From assembly GCA_964188305.1 (NCBI GenBank), contig OZ076887.1: a stretch of DNA of 64,000 nucleotides; one strand, written 5' to 3'. Numbering within the stretch: the first letter of the stretch is position 1; every line of letters begins with the position of its first letter. The notes beneath the pieces are model-generated. The model did no database searches. It had not been told where the DNA came from and worked only from the letters and a program-made list of their open reading frames with translations. This DNA comes from Podarcis bocagei (lineage: Eukaryota). Both the position numbers and the translations under genes were made by a program. Of this stretch, positions 51,970 through 64,000 are shown piece by piece.

Positions 51970-52819
51970 TCCTAAATTGCTGCAGAAATCATGTAGGTCT
52001 ACAAGCTACTTACGTGATTTTGTGCAATTTAGGGTGTGTGTTTGTGTGTGTGTGTGACTTCTGATGTGAGAAATTTCATAGATCTCATACTTTCATTTAA
52101 TGAGAACTTCATATCTGTAGTTATCAAAGCTGATAGTTAATCAAAGGATAAATACATTTGTATTATGTAGCTTACTGCTTTCTGTTTCCTTTATAGAGTT
52201 GTGAACCTAATGTGAAAACATAAAATAGTTTTGCAAGAACTGAGGCATGATAGTGAGCCAAAGCATTGGAGTGTTACGTTCTCTATTCCTTGACCCCTTG
52301 TTAAGATTATTGTGATGGGCTGATTAGTCTGTGATATAAAGGATATTTAAAGGAGTGAAAGTTTTGGTTGTATCTTATATTGTATGTGATTTCAGTGGGC
52401 TTCCTTTCCCAAATGTAGAAGACACCTGTGACTGAGCAAGAAGTACTGTTTCCCAATAGTGCTCTTCTGCCTTGAGTTTTATTAGAGAACATTAAGTATA
52501 TATTCTACTGCATCTCAATTTACTTGATGCTCCATCATTTCCACGCTGTAGGAAAATAAGCCATGATCTGGCTTGTGTAGTCTGAACCCATGGCTTCTTC
52601 CTCTCCAAACAAGCCACTAGCAAAAGTTAAGGTTTGTTCTTAGCTACAGAAAACAATGGGATCGAAATCTGAATGCTGGTGGCTTACTGCATTTTGTTAC
52701 CATTATCACAAAAGTAATGTAAAGTTAGTGCATATGTTTCTTTCCTGGAAGTAGAGACATCTGAGGACATTGATCTTTGCAAATTCCAGTATAAACCAAC
52801 CTGATCCACATGTCCTGGA

Positions 52820-53014
52820 CTAATTTCAAGATTGGTTTAACAATCAAACCCTCTTCCCAAGGAACTCTGGGAATTGTCACTCTGCGAGGGGATAGGTGTC
52901 TCCTGACAACCCACAATGCCCTTGGCAAACTACAGTTCCCAAGATTCTTTGGAGGAAGCTATAGCTGTTTAAAATGGTTTGATATTGCCATAAATGTAAA
53001 GTGCAGATGGGGCC
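52820..53014 (-). mobile_element. Common lizard non-autonomous DNA element fragment
   Basis: ggaactctgggaattgt...aaactacagttcccaagattctttggaggaagc...aaatgtaaagtgcagatggggcc terminus, recognised from recall. Confidence 0.6.
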
Positions 53015-54469
53015 TAGGTTGTTGAGTTCAATAGCTTCTCCTTTGTCACATATCTTTACATATTTCTGAAACTCCCTGGTAACAGCTGTATCACTGGATG
53101 CTGACCTATTCCTGATGTCCTCAATCACCAATCCATCACAGGCCTGCAGAGATTAGAATGTTAATATAAAATGTCAGTACAATATAAGATGGTGATAGAA
53201 ATAATCTAAAAATGTAGAAAATGATTTGACCTAGCTGTAAACCAGCAACCGTCTTGGCTATGAAACTCTAGTATGCATGTTGCAGAAAATATTCAGGCTA
53301 GCAATGAGGTAAACTGTGAATTTCATCTAGAAGAGCATCTGTTAGATTGTCTCATAGATATCTCATTGAATTCTTTGCATTACTTGAATTTGCAGCTGAG
53401 AATAAATATGACATCAAATGTGTAATGGCACTCCTGAGCATTTCCTCCTGCTGGGAAAGGAAGATTGAATCTTTAAAAAAGAAAGATATTGCACTGAATT
53501 AGCTCTAAATAGAGAATAAAAAGTAACCTTTAGGGAAGCATAGGGCTAAGCATTATCTTACACGAGGGACATGGCTGAGGTTGTAAACCATGAGAGATAA
53601 TCTTGCACAAGATGGTTTTAGGAATTGCTAAGTAAAAATTACAGTCTAATAATTGCCCAACTGGGTATACTTTGTTGTATATGGGTATGATTTATGGCTC
53701 TCTGCCACATAAAATATTTGTGGGGGTGGGGAGAGGTATGTTTTGAGGCTTACTTCTCTTGCCTATGTACGACTGGTTTTCTGTCATTACTCAGTAATAT
53801 CAAGATGCCAACAACACATTTCAAGCTACTGGCATATCTTCTGTGGAGAAGCTTACTAATGGGTGCTTCCTTCCCCTTGTCACAGAGGTCATGTCATTTT
53901 TTACAGCTGCTCTTTATTGAAGTGAAAAGAGCCCTGATAACAATAATGGGCTATTCAGAACGATGAGATTACCACCTCCTCATAAGATTGAAGCAGTTAA
54001 AGAACTGCCAGTAAGGAGCCTAGCAGAGCTGTTCACATCACATTATAGCCTGGGACAGATACATAGTTTGAAGTTTGGCAATGGACTCAGAACACTTCAT
54101 GTCATTGTGTCACTGTTAATGTCTTACCTATGACAGCATGGCTTTCACAGCCTGTCAAAATTATTATGATCATGTAGCCTGGTGACAAAAAGAAGGACAA
54201 AAGATATGTTTTAGAAAGCCGCTATATACACATAAAATTTGCTGTCAGGAATTCGTATCACCCAGAGCATATCCTGTTACACAAGTACTGTTAAGTCACT
54301 AGTCACCATGTTGCCACCACCTCAGTCATATATCTGCCTTACTTAGTAGAAACAGACTAATTTACTATTTTTTAAATGTTATTTTTTAAGACAGAATTTA
54401 TTTCTAGTTCGCAAACTGGATTCAAAGGAGGAGGTGCATCTGGTGCCCTTACTTCAAAGAATTACAGGT

Positions 54470-55235
54470 TGGTGAGGAGGACTCCCTGGTCCTGAATGGG
54501 GTAACTGTGCCCCTGAAGGACCAGGTGCACAGCCTGGGAGTCATTTTGGACTCACAGCTGTCCATGGAGGCGCAGGTCAATTCTGTATCCAGGGCAGCTG
54601 TCTACCAACTCCACCTGGTACACAGGCTGAGACCCTACCTGCCCGTGGACTGTCTCACCAGAGTGGTGCATGCTCTAGTTATCTCCTGCTTGGACTACTG
54701 CAATGCGCTCTACGTGGGGCTACCTTTGAAGGTAACCCAGAAACTACAACTAATCCAGAATGCGGCAGCTAGACTGGTGACTGGGGGCTGCCGCCGAGAC
54801 CACATAACACCAGTCTTGAAAGACCTACATTGGCTCCCAGTACGTTTCCGACCACAATTCAAAGTGTTGGTGTTGACCTTTAAAGTCCTAAACGCCCTCG
54901 GCCCAGTATACCTGAAGGAGCGTCTTCACCCCCATCGTTCTGCCCAGTAGCTGAGGTCTAGTGCCGAGGGCCTTCTGGTGGATCCCTCATTGTGAGAAGC
55001 AAAGCTACAGGGAACCAGGCAGAGGGCCTTTTCAGTAGTGGCGCCCGCCCTGTGGAACGCCCACCCATCAGATGTCAAAGAGATAAAAAACTACCTGACA
55101 TTCAGAAGACATCTTAAGGCAGCCCTGTTCAGGGAAGTTTTTAATGTGTGACATCTTAGTCTATTTTTGGTCTTTGTGGAAGCCACCCAGAGTGGCTGGG
55201 GAAACCTAGCCAGATGGGTGGGGTACAAATAATAA

Positions 55236-55279
<44 letters not shown>
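54470..55279 (+). mobile_element. L2 LINE, 5'-truncated: ORF2 C-terminus, 3' UTR and (TTA)n tail
   Basis: ORF 54507-54950 (SLGVILDSQLSM...HALVISCLDYCNALYVGLP...LQLIQNAAARL...HITPVLKDLHWLP) is a typical L2 post-RT region; premature TAG at 54948; tail at 55237-55279. Confidence 0.93.
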
Positions 55280-56722
55280 GCAGAAGTTTCTAGTTCAATT
55301 GGTCAGAGAAAGCCCAAGCAACCAGATGGGATTTTGCTACATGAATTCTGCACCAGCTGCAGCTTCCAGACCATTCTCATGGTAGCCCTGTACAGAGTTC
55401 AGTAATTCAAATAGAACATCAGCAATGAATTAATTTTATTGTTTAAAAGTTTTGATATCAGTTCCTTGATGTCAGCGCCCTACACATGTAGGTTTTACCT
55501 TTTCACACATGTTCAACTCATGGACATCAAGGGGGGGGGGGGCTATTGGGATGTGGCTACCTAGATCTGCCCAGCTCATATGTTGATTTTAACATGAGAG
55601 CTAGCTTCTGAAAAGGACTTTATTCCTAGACTGCTTTACAGACTGCTTTCAACACCAGGTGATTTTGAGCTCAGCCTAGAAAGAAACTGGTAGCCAGTGA
55701 AGGCGACTTAATGCATACATAATATGCTCTGGTTTGCAAACACCATCCTCCCTCCCACTCCAGATAGCAGTCATGCAAACACAGACTGAACTAGGTGAAG
55801 CTTCCTAACTAGCTTCAAAGGTATAGTTTGGATTTAAAGATATTAGCTTCTTTCAACGATATTTTACATTGCCTTAATTTTATTGTACATATTTATCTCT
55901 CACTGTCCCTGTGCTAAAGATATGTAGGCAGAACGATTGTCTGAAGCACTAGTAGCAAGTCACTGAAGGTAAACTGTCGCACATTAAAATAAACAATTAC
56001 TCCAAAGAGACAAATAATTGGAGATACTAAATATCAAGGCACAGATTATAGTAGCAGAGAATGCTTACATTTGTTGAAAAGGGAGTTATAAACGGAGACA
56101 TTCCCTTTGCTTGTTTCCCCTTTCTAAATCTTTTTGAATAGGTTTGGGGAGAGCTGTGCTTTCTGCTTGAGAGAGTATTGAAACTGAACATGGGAAACCC
56201 AACCAACTATGAACATATTAGATGGTAGTGGGCAAACTGCATTGCGACCTGGTAGCTGGATAAAGAAGACACATGGGGTGGGTTGAACTAGGACTGCTTT
56301 ATTTAAGATTAAAACCCATTAAAAAAAACCCTGCTGGGGAAACACTATTGGTGCAGGAGCAAGCATGAATCTGAAATAAATTGCAGCCTTTAGGGCAACC
56401 AAAAGCCCTCCCTGTAGGACCTGGATGCAGAGCTGTCCAGCCTGCCTCCCATTCCCAAGACCCACCATGAAGGTGAGTAGGAAGGCCTGTGCTGTTCCAC
56501 CCCACACACCCTGAGGACCCATAGCTTTGGTTCAATAAAGCAGTTTAGCCTCAAGGGCAGACCCAGAGCCCAGAGAGTAAGCCTCAAGATGAGCCCATCA
56601 CCCAGAAAGGTGCATACTCCCCTTCTCTCACCTGAACCACCAGAGGTAATGGGATTAAAAAGCAGTTTAACCTAATTAACAACATAGGAGTCCTTCTAGT
56701 GCCCACCACCCAGTCAGTAGGG

Positions 56723-57172
56723 CAGGGATTTTCAACCAGTGTGCGGTCGCACCCTGGGGTGTCTTGAACGATGGACAGGGGTGCTGTGGGCAATGCTGGC
56801 CTCTGTCCCTCTGTCCTTCCCCAGATGCCCTCTCATGTCTCTGCCTCCCAAAAACTTGCACACATGTTTATTGCAGTAGCCCTGGCTATAAGCTCCCCAG
56901 GCAAACGGTGCCTCTGGGAAACACCTCTCTTTGGAGCAGAGGGGGCTGCTCAGAGACCTGGGGTGGCAATGGCTGCCTGGAGGACTCCCAAGTAGAGGGG
57001 AGAGGAGGTTGAGGGAACACTCCACAAGGGAGGCTGTTCAAAAAGGGGTAAGGGGCTGCTAGTTCTGCGGGAAAGGGGTGACATAACTGGGCTCCTGAGC
57101 CCCACAGGGGTGCCTCAGAAAGAATGTAGTTGGTCAAGGGAGCCATGGACTCAAAAAGGTTGAAAACCTCTG
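56723..57172. mobile_element. Non-autonomous hAT (Charlie-like) element, 450 bp
   Basis: TIR CAGGGATTTTCAACC vs CAGAGGTTTTCAACC (13/15); TSD cagtaggg/cagtaagg (7/8). Confidence 0.88.
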
Positions 57173-57649
57173 CAGTAAGGAGCAGGACAGCCCTTCACAT
57201 AGAGAAGTGTCCTCTGTAAAGTAAGACACATGGCCACCCTATGTGTGCTAGGGCAAAGCTCTGGGATATATGAAAGAATAATATGCCACACATCTATAAC
57301 TGGAAAGGTTTTGTGAGATGGTGATGAAGCATGTTCCTGGCTGTAGCATAAAATGATGGGTTCACTGAGATATTCACATGCATGGGAAACTCACTGGTTC
57401 AGTGCCCTACAGAGCAAAAGATTGCCTTCCCTAGCTGTGATTCAGCCTTATTGATCCAGAGACACCTGCAGCAGCAGTCTACCTTGACACATCTAGACAC
57501 ATTAAAAAAAAAGCGTTTCAGGAAAGCACATTGTAAACTTCATAATGAGAAATCACGTTGGCAAAAGACGGGACTCCACATCGCCATCTGGTGTCACAGT
57601 GCTATAGCGCATATAAAACACTTTATTTACTAATGTCTCCCACACTAAT

Positions 57650-57880
57650 AATAATAACAACAATTTTTTTATTTATACTTCGCCCTTCCCGGTTCAGAAA
57701 ACTGGGCTCAGGGTGGCTAACAACAAAATTAAAACACTTAATTGTAAAAGCAGCATAAAATACAGTATAAAAACATGAATAACAATAAAAATCAAAAATC
57801 AATTTGGGGCAAATCCATCTAATAAGCATTAGATAGTCACTAGGGCTAGCTGACTGAATTAGTCCTACTAGAGAGCCCTG
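57650..57880 (-). mobile_element. L2-like LINE 3' UTR fragment
   Basis: tttatttatacttcgcccttccc...gggctcagggtggctaacaac stem-loop terminus followed by an A-rich stretch; similar stubs near 14120, 38380, 40410 and 58920. Confidence 0.55.
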
Positions 57881-60697
57881 TAGCAGTAAGAGCATAATGA
57901 AATGGACTGTTAGGTTCTCATACACGGCATGCATTGAGGACCTGAGGTCCATACAAATACCTAAGGTAGCACTTCCAGCCTCCTGGTATTAAATTTTCAG
58001 TAATGAGTCAGTTAAATGTGACATTTCAAAAGGATGCTTAACACACCAGTTAAAAATACTAAGTGTTTCGTAATGTTTAAAAGGTAGCAAATTAATTTTT
58101 TAACATGACAATGTGGTGATTTGTTCATTGTATTAATCCTTTCATATTAGCTACAAGAGTGATTTGGCACTAGAGATGTATTGGTGCCTTATTAGTTTAT
58201 AACCATCAAAGAAATAATTAAATTGTTGTGGTTCACATTTATAATGAAGTGGTTAGCAGTTAAATTTCAGTGTTGCGTGTATTCTAATAAGGCTACCTGC
58301 AGGATATTTAATTTTGAACACATTACCTTCTTTGGATATTGGTTTAGCAGATGTTCTGTTAAGATAACGGTGAAATTAAATTAGTTTTCTTCTCAAAGCA
58401 TCTGGTTAACTTTGTAGGTAAATGCCTTTGAGCACGAAATCTGACCAGGATTTTTTGGACAAATAGCTATCAGAATGTTTTAAGTAAATGACTTCATTTT
58501 ATTTTTCCAACTTCTATTACTCAGGGCAGATTTGACATGGTTGATCATATATCTAACAAATGAAAATTGAAAATAGTGCTGGGATCCAACAGCGTGGGGT
58601 TATATTGAAGGTAGTTTCATGGGCAGATACTATTAAGCATGCTTGTGGTTCCAGTTAAATTGGTTTGCAGCATATATTTTTAAACCTCAGCATCTCTACC
58701 AGTTAGAATGGAACTGATTACAAAATTAAATTCCCCATTACTGTAGATACAGCACATTTGGGCAAGCTTTCATGAACACTTCCATTTTTGTACTCTCAAC
58801 TAATAATTCATATGGTAATGAGAAGTTAAAGGTGATAGAATAGAGGGGAAATTGTATTCATGGTCTGTTAGAAATGGTTGGATACACAGCAGCCTGCATT
58901 GGAGGTTTTGGGCTAGTTTTTTATTATTTAAATGTAAAGATGCCCAACCTTGAAATCATAGGGTGGATAACAATAAGATAAAAAAGAGGAAACTGGCCCT
59001 GTTTGAATTTCACATTTGAAATACTATTATTAAAATAGCCAAAAACATATTGTTGCTGAAACTTCCAATACAGTTTAACCACAGTTCCCATACTTCAGCC
59101 CAGATATCACAAAAGGCTTTGGAACAGTTAAAAAAAAGGGGGTTACACCAGTAGTAGTTTTTAAGTAGTTTCTATGAAAAGGAGTTACACACTTGTCAAA
59201 CAGCTGTTGAAAATGCTTTTCTATATGACCTAATACAGTGCCAGACTCTGTTTGTTAGTTGTCTTCCTGCCTTCCCTTTGTATAATCTGCATGCTAATTC
59301 ATTGGTCAATGGAAAACTTTAAACAGATTGCTAGTGCTTGGTTAAAAAGAAAATCCATGAAACATCAGGCCTGACAGCCTATCTGTACTCCACATCAGTA
59401 GATCCCTTCCTCTGAATAAGAGATCAGGTTGCTATCTGTTTGGTATACTTGATCGATTTTGCTGCCCATGTGGCATACATCTATGTAGAATTGCTTGCTA
59501 GAATTGGGGCAGAGACAATAAATTGCTCCAGACTGCATACCCTCCAACATTTCTGCAAAGAAAATAGGGACGTCCTAGTCCATAATGATGATGATGATGA
59601 TGATACTCTGGGTGGCTTCCAACACATATAAAACATAAAACTATATAGGACTGCCTTCAGATGTCTTCTAAAGGTTGTATTACTTATCTCCTTGGCTCTG
59701 GGGTCACATAACTCCATACCCTCCAACAATTCTCCAATGAAAATCCAACATCCCAAGGAAAAGCGGGACCTTGTGGGGTCAAATAAAAAACTGGGGTGGC
59801 TTCTGTAAATTCAGGATGTCCCTGGAAAATAAGGGCAGTTGGACAGTCTGAGACTGGTGTAGCTGAGGGTCCCAATCCTCATATTACACAGAGGCTCAAT
59901 GGAGCTTTGCATACATAGGATCCAAAGCCACCAATACTCCTATGTAACAAGCTCCATTTTGATATTATCTGCTGGCAATAGCTTCCTGCTCAACTTGGTG
60001 AAGGCCAGGTGGCCACTGTGGTGGAGCTCTGACAACGAGCAGCACAGTGGAGGCCAGGATAATGTCCTAGCAACCACCCCCACCCCCACTGCCACACACA
60101 TCATCCACAAAGGAGTTAGGAGTGTACCGAACATCAGCTAAGTCTAATAAAGCTACCTAGTACACAGCATGCTTTTAAATTTATTTTTATATGCATGAAT
60201 TACCTTTTTTTCTAAATAAATCTTAATTTTGCCAAGGTTATTCGGCAGTTCTTGACTAAATCTGATATTTAAAAGTGCAGCACTGTGTGTCGTAGGGGGG
60301 AAAGAAAATAGATATTTGGGAGATCATTAAATACAAAAGGCGTGCATGAACTATATCAGGTCTCCCCTAATCATTTATGAGTTTCCAGCTCTACAATTCT
60401 ATGATTCTGTGATCTTGGGAGAGATTGCCCATCTCAATTCTTTAAGCACATCAACTTCACTCCTGGTTGTTCTATCTTTTAGAGCTCCCATCAGCCTAGG
60501 TATTTAAAAAATGGTATCAGCATTTGATAACTTGAACTTAGCTTAAAAACAGAAAAAAGCATGGGGGGGGAGATTTTGAGAATAAGAAGAATATGCCTCA
60601 TCCAGAACAAACTTCTGGGCATTTAGGAGACACACCACAAGGACAAGTTAATGCACCTTAAAATAGAAAAAATGGAATTCTACTTTAATATTGGGGA

Positions 60698-60741
<44 letters not shown>
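60698..60741. repeat. (AAT)n microsatellite
   Basis: About 14 units. Confidence 0.97.
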
Positions 60742-60742
<1 letters not shown>

Positions 60743-63711
60743 GCAGTTACTTAATACGTTAACATGCACAATTACTTTAAATAAAAACAAGTGCTTAATA
60801 CATTAAAATAATTACCTAACACATTATTAAAGAGGTGTCATTCTGATAAAGTTCATGTGCAATTAATCAGCATCACTATCTATTGTAGAGCAGCTGCCTG
60901 GCAGATACCAGTGACTTTCACCACTCAGGGTAAAGTGTTTCATAAACATGCCTCAGCTCAACCTGTGAATTTAAAATTGTTTATCTGCACAATATCCCAA
61001 TTTATTGTAATGTATTTTTTCATGCAAACCTACTGGAAATTTGTGATGGGCTTAAGATGCAGTCCAACACCCATTTGCCTCATTGTTGAACTCAGTAAGA
61101 CTTTCATTTGAGTAGGCATGTAGAGGATTGTACTTTACATTTCTTTAAACTTCCAGAATTACCAAGAACTTTAAGATACGTTTTGCTGCCAAATGAAGTT
61201 GGGGTAGGAAATGGACAAAATCATACCCAGGTGCTCTTTTCCTCAAATGTTTCTTACTGTGCTATTTTATAATGGAAAGTCAGGTAAAATACACCTTATT
61301 CCATTTTGTCATATAATGTCATACATTTGTGAATTCAGTCCTAGAGAGTCCAGGTCGAGCTTAATGCATCTCCTTTCAACATCTGCAGCAACAATTTCAA
61401 TGGGATTAATTTAAGGTGTATGCTATCTATTCAGGAGTCGACTGCAGCAGTATAGCATTATATTCCACTTATCAAGCTACTGCAAACACCTATTTGGAAA
61501 GAAATTGGATTCTGTGTTTTGAGGGTAGGACTTCATTGATTAAGTAACCTTATGAACTGAGCAGAAGTGCACTTGATTGTTGGTTTCATACTAAGAGCGT
61601 GCTCTTCAACAAGCAACAGAATAACAAAGCTCCTTTCTCCCAAAATAGCTGACTAATCCAGCAATTCTGAGGTGATCAGAACTTTATTAATCTGATATTT
61701 CTTAGTGGTAAATTTGGTCTCACATGCTGCTGATACCATATGGCACAGGCCTCTAGCTGTAATTCCTCCAGATGATCCATTAAAGAAACTTTCAGATCAA
61801 CTGATAAGTACAGTTTCAATAAGTTAGAAAACAATAACTGAAAATCCAAAAGTGGAAGAATTTGCAAATAGCCAAGCTATCATTGGCTGTTCCTGTTTCC
61901 TGTATCATTCCTGTATCTTAGTTCCTCCCCTAAGTATACAGACAAAGGGGGGCCCCTAATATTAATAACTACTTGATGCTGGTCAACATGGCATTGGTGT
62001 AAAGGAAGACATTTCTCTAGTGGGAAAAGGAATCCCCCCCCACCGTTTGGATGGGGCTTAACAAAGGAAGCTAGGTCATCAGAGCAAATGGGGCACTGCT
62101 CCCCAACCTGTTTGTGCTCTGTCTGCCACCATCTGTCTGCCTTCTTACTTGCAACTATTCCAGGGGGTGGCAATGTTTCTCAACTTCTTCCTTAGTCTCA
62201 GTGCTGCCCTGGTGCAACTCCAGAGGGAAAAGGGTAGGAACAATAGAATTAGCTGGCACTACCTGCCATTAACTCTGGTCCCATCTGCTGTTGGTCTCTC
62301 TGCCTTTTGCCCTACCAGCCCCAGTGAGCATTAGCCACAACTGGGACTTGTTTGCTAGGACGAGCCCAATATATTTTGTGACCTCCACCGGCCATGGAAG
62401 AAGGAATGAGCGAATATCTACATCAGGAACAAAGGTGGGAAGAGATCAGTGGTGCCTCCTATTTGCCAAGAGGCCACTGCAGAGGCAGCATTGAGGGCAA
62501 ACAGGGTCAGCATTGAGGGCCAGCATGGCAACAGCAGTGGACAATACATACTTTGGAGGCTGGATTTGCTGCCCCTATTGATTCTGCCACCTGAGGCAGT
62601 CACCACTTTGCCTCATGGGTGGGCCAGTACTGACCTTGGCAATAGCATATCTTATTTCTTTTTCCTAAGGGCTGCCCCCCCCCCGATTCTGCTACTTCAG
62701 CTGACAACAGAAACTATATTGGCAACCTGGTCATAATTTTGTACCCACCACAATCCAGAGTTGTTCCATATTATGGGAAGAAAATGATGGAAGTATTTTG
62801 AGAAAATTCTGCAAAGTGGCCTTCTTTTAGTAGTTTGTGGGAAGTTAGCAAGTGGGAGGAACTCCAAAATTTCCTCAGACAACTGACTTCTGATCATTTT
62901 TTGGCTTAGCTCTACTACTTACTATCAACAGTTTCTACCATTTGGCCTTCCACAAATCTATGCAGGGACACAGCTGAGAACTGCTGGATGCTCAGCTGAT
63001 TCCCCTTCTCAAAGTAAACATTATGGGTATGTGTGTGTGCATGCTTCACTTTCTCAGTGTGCTAAATTCATGCTGATCTCTTTTAACCCAAAAAGAGCAC
63101 ATGGAAAGTTCATTGAAAGTAGTTTCATGAAATTAAAGACAGAAAGTTGAGTGAAACTGCTGAGCATTGATCAAAGAAGATCAAAGTTCTAATAGCAGGC
63201 AAAACCCAACTATAGTTCTTTTAGCTACTTCCTGGGTCATTATGTGTATGTTTTTTTCATTTTTAATAAAGGGAAATGTGATGGGCTCTGATGTAATCAG
63301 GCATTTGTTTGGAAGGGAGGCTTGGGGAAAGGCTTGCTAGGTAACTGATTACAACTACTATGTAATTAGTTTTTCTTCATTAGCACATATAACCTGTTAC
63401 AGGAATAAGAACATAATGATAATTGCACGACTCTTGGGTTTTGCTCTTTGAAATACCATAAGGAATGAAACTGGAGTAATTGGGAACTGTTACAAGAAAT
63501 GTTTCCTTCTCACTTATTTAAAGTAGGCTTGCTTCCCTGGCTACTGAAATATCTCTTTAATTTTGTATTGACTTTTAAGAATTAAGAACACAATCCACTG
63601 ATAAATTCTCCTCTGTAAACCCTTCTGAAATTCATGGAAGTTGCACATGAGCACAATAGGCTATATATAATATATACGGTATATATATATTGTGTGTGTG
63701 TGTGTGTGTGT

Positions 63712-63908
63712 TAAATTTGTATACCATACCACCCTTCATCCAGAAATCATAGGGCAGTTCACAACATAAATGTACAAAATGAGAATACAAAATACAAAAA
63801 CAAAGCATAATCCTCCTCCCATAAACACATTTAAAAGGCCATATAACATTAATCAGCCAAAGGTTTGGTTGAAGAGAAACTTTTTCACCTGGTGCCTAAA
63901 GATATGCA
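63712..63908 (-). mobile_element. L2-like LINE 3' end
   Basis: aaatttgtatacc...cccttcatcc...agggcagttcacaac ... cagccaaagg...tttttcacctggtgcctaaa; preceded by (TG)n at 63691-63711. Confidence 0.6.
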
Positions 63909-64000
63909 CAGTGGTACCTCGGGTTACGTACTTAATTCATTCCGGAGGTCCGTTCTTAACCTGAAACTGTTCTTAACCTGAAGCACCACTTTAGCTAATG
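63909..64000 (+). mobile_element. Tigger/pogo-like MITE, left end (runs off the window)
   Basis: CAGTGGTACCTCGGGTT start with subterminal repeat gttcttaacctgaa twice; preceded by CA rather than TA. Confidence 0.75.

Noticed and set aside
54507-54950. 147-aa ORF as a host gene or active retrotransposon
   Set aside because: It is a 5'-truncated L2 fragment lacking the RT core and carrying a premature stop.

Overview
This is AT-rich, CpG-depleted vertebrate DNA from a squamate, most likely a lacertid lizard (Podarcis-like), judged from the Sauria/POM-type SINEs, BovB, L2, CR1 and hAT/TcMar MITEs it carries. The whole window lies inside the NKAIN2 gene on the + strand. It holds two coding exons: exon 2 at 26155-26292 (138 nt) and exon 3 at 51732-51812 (81 nt), separated by a 25,439-nt intron. 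The rest is intron with decayed transposons, microsatellites and one 129-N gap, and nearly all listed ORFs are spurious. I found no convincing new multi-gene system. The best leads are four. (1) A Tc2/pogo-like MITE family whose internal palindromes show compensatory changes; one copy has expanded into a GC/CpG-rich array of chained hairpins. (2) Exon 2 starts with GTATGT, so its acceptor doubles as a potential recursive 5' splice site. (3) One target site was hit first by BovB and then by a Sauria SINE, with a possible short 3' transduction. (4) Decayed Penelope hammerhead-like cores. Repeat family names come from recalled consensus sequences, not from a database search.
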